Below the pieces are notes generated by a model, which made no database searches, was not told the origin of the DNA, and worked only from the letters and a program-made list of their open reading frames with translations. Below, one piece after another: positions 60,615 to 64,000 of a stretch of DNA of 64,000 nucleotides. The stretch is from the NCBI GenBank assembly GCA_951406725.2, contig OX597823.1, forward strand, positions 80,786,001 through 80,850,000, in the 5' to 3' direction. The stretch's first letter is position 1, and each line of letters opens with the position of its first letter. This stretch comes from Octopus vulgaris. Taxonomy: Eukaryota. The position numbers were made by a program, and so were the translations under genes.

Positions 60615-62685
60615 CATACATACATACAGACACATGCACATACACACACATATATATATATATATACAAGAACACTGCTACTGAATACTATTAGAAATAA
60701 TACATACTTCTAAAATTTGCAATTGTTAAAGTAAAATTTGGCTTTCATTTGTTTGATTATGAACAATAATGTGAATTTTGTCTCACACAGCTGCTACAAT
60801 TTGCATAGTTTATGTGCTAGACAGATGCTACACGAATGTTCAGCATGTTAGCGCTTTAGTAGATGTTGACTTATTCAATAATTTCTAATAGGTATGCAAA
60901 TTAATCCTTGTGTGTGCTCTTCATGCCATAAGAAGGAATATTTAACTCATTAACAGTAGCTGGTTGGTTAGATTAAGAAACTTATAGTCTTTAGGTGATC
61001 ATTCGAAATCCTGAATAATTCATAATGGTGTATTCTTTACAAAGTTTGCTTCTCTACTTGTCAAAGTCTACTCAGGTTGAAAATAAATACTTGCACCAGA
61101 AACAAGATACATCCAGTAACTTCTTGGATAACAGAGGGATGCTTAAAACATATGACCCAAATCGAATGAGTTTCCTGTCTTACTTGCAATGTTAAAGCTT
61201 CTAATTTGATGGTTGAAATTCATCAGGTCTCTCTGGTGTAGGGATATCATGGCTCACCAGCAAAACAAATTTCTTTTCACACTTGCGAGACTGAAACTTC
61301 TAATTTGATGGTTGAAAGTCATCAACGCCTGCTACTTGCTGCATCCTGCCAAATCATCCAACTCATGCCAACAATAAACATGGACATTAAATGACGACAA
61401 TGATGATGATGATGAAATTAAATGAAACGTCATTAGTGTTAATGGTAAGCTTATTATGCATAGGAGTGGCTGTGTGGTAAGTAGCTTGCTTACGAACTAC
61501 ATGGTTCCGGGTTCAGTCCCACTACATGGCAACTTGGGCAAGTGTCTTCTACTATAGCCTCGGGCCGACCAAAGCCTTGTGAGTGGATTTGGTAGATGGA
61601 AACTGAAAGAAGCCCATCGTATATATGTATATGTATATAATGTATGTGTGTGTGTCTATATGTTTGCATGTCTGTATTTGTCACCCCAACATTGCTTGAC
61701 AACCGATGCTCGTGTGTTTATATCCCCATCACTTAGCGGTTCAGCAAAGGAGCCCGATAGTACTAGGCTTGCAGATGGTGCCCCAGCATGGCCACGGTCT
61801 AATGAGTGAAACAAGGAAAAAATAATATAAAAGACCTCCGGAAGCTGAACCTTTCAGGTGAGATGACAAAGGACTGAAATACCTGGCACCTGGCTGTATG
61901 CAAGAAGATCTGTACCCCACAGCAGAAGTGTTAAGACCAATCCTCCTGGTTGTGTAAAGCATTCATGGCATTGCCACGTAGAAGCACCCATGCAGCATCA
62001 TGTAAAAGAGCCAGTGTGGTGCTATGTAAAAGCCCCTGGGTGGTGCCTTGTAAGAGCATCCAGCACACTCTGTAAAGTGGTTGGCATCAGGAAGGGCATC
62101 AAGCTGTAGAAACCATGCCAGATTAGACTGGAGTCTGGTGCAGCCCTACCAGCTTGCCAGCTCTGGTCACACCATCCAACCCATGCCAGCATGAACAACA
62201 GACGTTAAATGATGATGATGATATACATATATATATCACAGAGGCAGTGATAAGTGACCTAGACCTTTGGCAATATGTTGTGCTTGATAAGATCTATGAA
62301 GCCAAGTGAAATTATAGTCATGGCTGATGCCAGTGTCACATAACTGGCACCTATGCCAGCGACACATAAAATGCACCCTTTGAACATTGGACCTCATGGA
62401 GTCAATAAGTTACCATGACCTTTGGAAATATGCCATGTTTGATAAGACCCATCGAGCCAAGTGAAATTATAGTCATGTCTGATGCCGGTAGCACGTAAAA
62501 AGCACCAAGTACACTCTCGGAGTGATTGGCGTTAGGAAGGGCATCCAGCTGTAGAAACCATGCCAAATAAGAGTGGAACCTGGTGTAGCCCTACAGCTTA
62601 CCAATTCCAGCCAAACCATCTAACTCATGCCAGCATGGAAAGCAGTTGCTGAATGATGATGCTGATGATGATCACACACACACAC

Positions 62686-62732
<47 letters not shown>

Positions 62733-62733
<1 letters not shown>

Positions 62734-64000
62734 TGTATATACCGGTGTACAGGACGGAATTTGAACTTTTAAAAAATCACCCCAAAACTAGGAATCGTCT
62801 TATACACCGTATAAAATCTGAACCTTAACTTCTTGTGGATTAGAGTAGCACCACTCTCAGTGGAGAACAGTGTAAAGCACTCACTTAGACCCTATGGGTC
62901 TGCAGAGCAGTATTTTCTACTGATATATGCACATATCGATGGAGAACACCGTAACGTAAAACACTCACATAGATCCTATGGTTCTACACGTATGTTTGGG
63001 AAACTGGATTAATAGTAAGATTATATTAAAATAACAGCACAGCGAAACAGCCGACAAACAGAAAATGTAAACATTCAGTCTGCTCAGCAGGTCCCAGCAT
63101 CCATTCTGTTTACGCTGCCTCGTTAGATTACACTCTCATTCAGCGCTCAGCCAGCCGAGGGCTTTCGAGACAAGTGTAGTTACCTTCTGTGACTGGCCAG
63201 TTCGTGTCAGTGAGACCAATTACAATAAACCCTACAGTTACCAGTTAATTTTAAACATTTACAGATAGGATTTCTTGAAAAGGATCAAGCTGTCACTCTT
63301 TCATAAGCAGCAGTACGCTCACTGGGTGAACATTAATTTACACCATCTGTGAAACCCCATCATGTCTCCAAGTGATAAACGAAGGAAATATGAAACTGGT
63401 TTTAAGCTGAAAGTGGTAGCATACTCCAAGTCCCACAACAACTGTGCTACTGCGAGAGAATACGGTGTAACCGAGAAGATGGTAAGAGTTTGGAGATTAA
63501 AGGAAGACTTGGCAATCTTTCGGTACATGTACCATAACTGCCAATTACTGTTTGTTTACATTTGAAGAAGAATATCGTCACTTTCGTAAGGTTTTTTTTT
63601 TCTTTTATATATGTGGGGTTGGAGTTAGGGTTAGTGGGAAGGGTTTCTTTTTTCTTCAGAAATGTAAATAAACCCACGTGGGTTTATAATTGGCAGTTAT
63701 GGTACTTGTACCGAAAGATCGCCGAAGACTTATTGATGAGTATACTCAGGACAAAATGAGAAGAGGCACTGCACACTGGCCGATTCTAGAGAAACATGTA
63801 ACTGATATAGTCGGTGAGCAGCGTCGTTTTATGAAATAAAATATGTATTTGTGCATGAGTGGGCTAAAGCTAAAAAAGAGCACAGCAAAGACTTTAAAGA
63901 CACTGCTTCATGGTGTAGTTGCTTCGTGAAAAGAAATGATTTTGCAATGAGACAGAAAACTAAAATATCACAGAAATTACCAGTAAGTCTTGACGGTAAA
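62733..64000 (+). mobile_element. pogo-family (POGK-like) transposon, 5' part, with disrupted transposase
   Basis: KRRKYETGFKLKVVAYSKSHNNCATAREYGVTEKMVRVWR (Brinker-type HTH), then after an insertion HWPILEKHV...FKDTASWCSCFVKRNDFAMRQKTKISQKLP (CENP-B-type HTH). Left boundary is approximate. Confidence 0.8.
63511..63723. mobile_element. MITE with 37-bp TIRs and 8-bp TSD inserted in the pogo ORF
   Basis: TIRs ggcaatctttcggtacatgtaccataactgccaatta / taattggcagttatggtacttgtaccgaaagatcgcc. TSD gaagactt at 63503-63510 and 63724-63731. Confidence 0.88.

Overview
AT-rich, repeat-dense animal genomic DNA. The SINE, microsatellite and gene content looks molluscan, most like an octopus; this is an inference. 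There is a 100-N gap at 4793-4892. Two spliced genes lie on the + strand: the last two exons of a GH18 chitinase ending in a GPI-signal-like tail (5556-6582), and an 8-exon ferroportin/SLC40A1 (29902-52448, about 617 aa). The ferroportin lacks the vertebrate His43/Cys326/His507 metal and hepcidin ligands and has a GG instead of AG at one predicted acceptor. A decayed CHD3/4/5 (Mi-2) fragment lies on the - strand. The rest is SINEs, LINE, Gypsy, mariner, pogo and piggyBac remnants, MITEs, a Helitron and minisatellites. The most striking non-coding signal is a set of minimal hammerhead-ribozyme folds in repeats with Penelope-like inverted architecture. One family is a tRNA-headed (Pol III box) element carrying a hammerhead (4 copies, two forming a ~540-bp palindrome). 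A second family carries a hammerhead with a compensated G3:C8 core swap.
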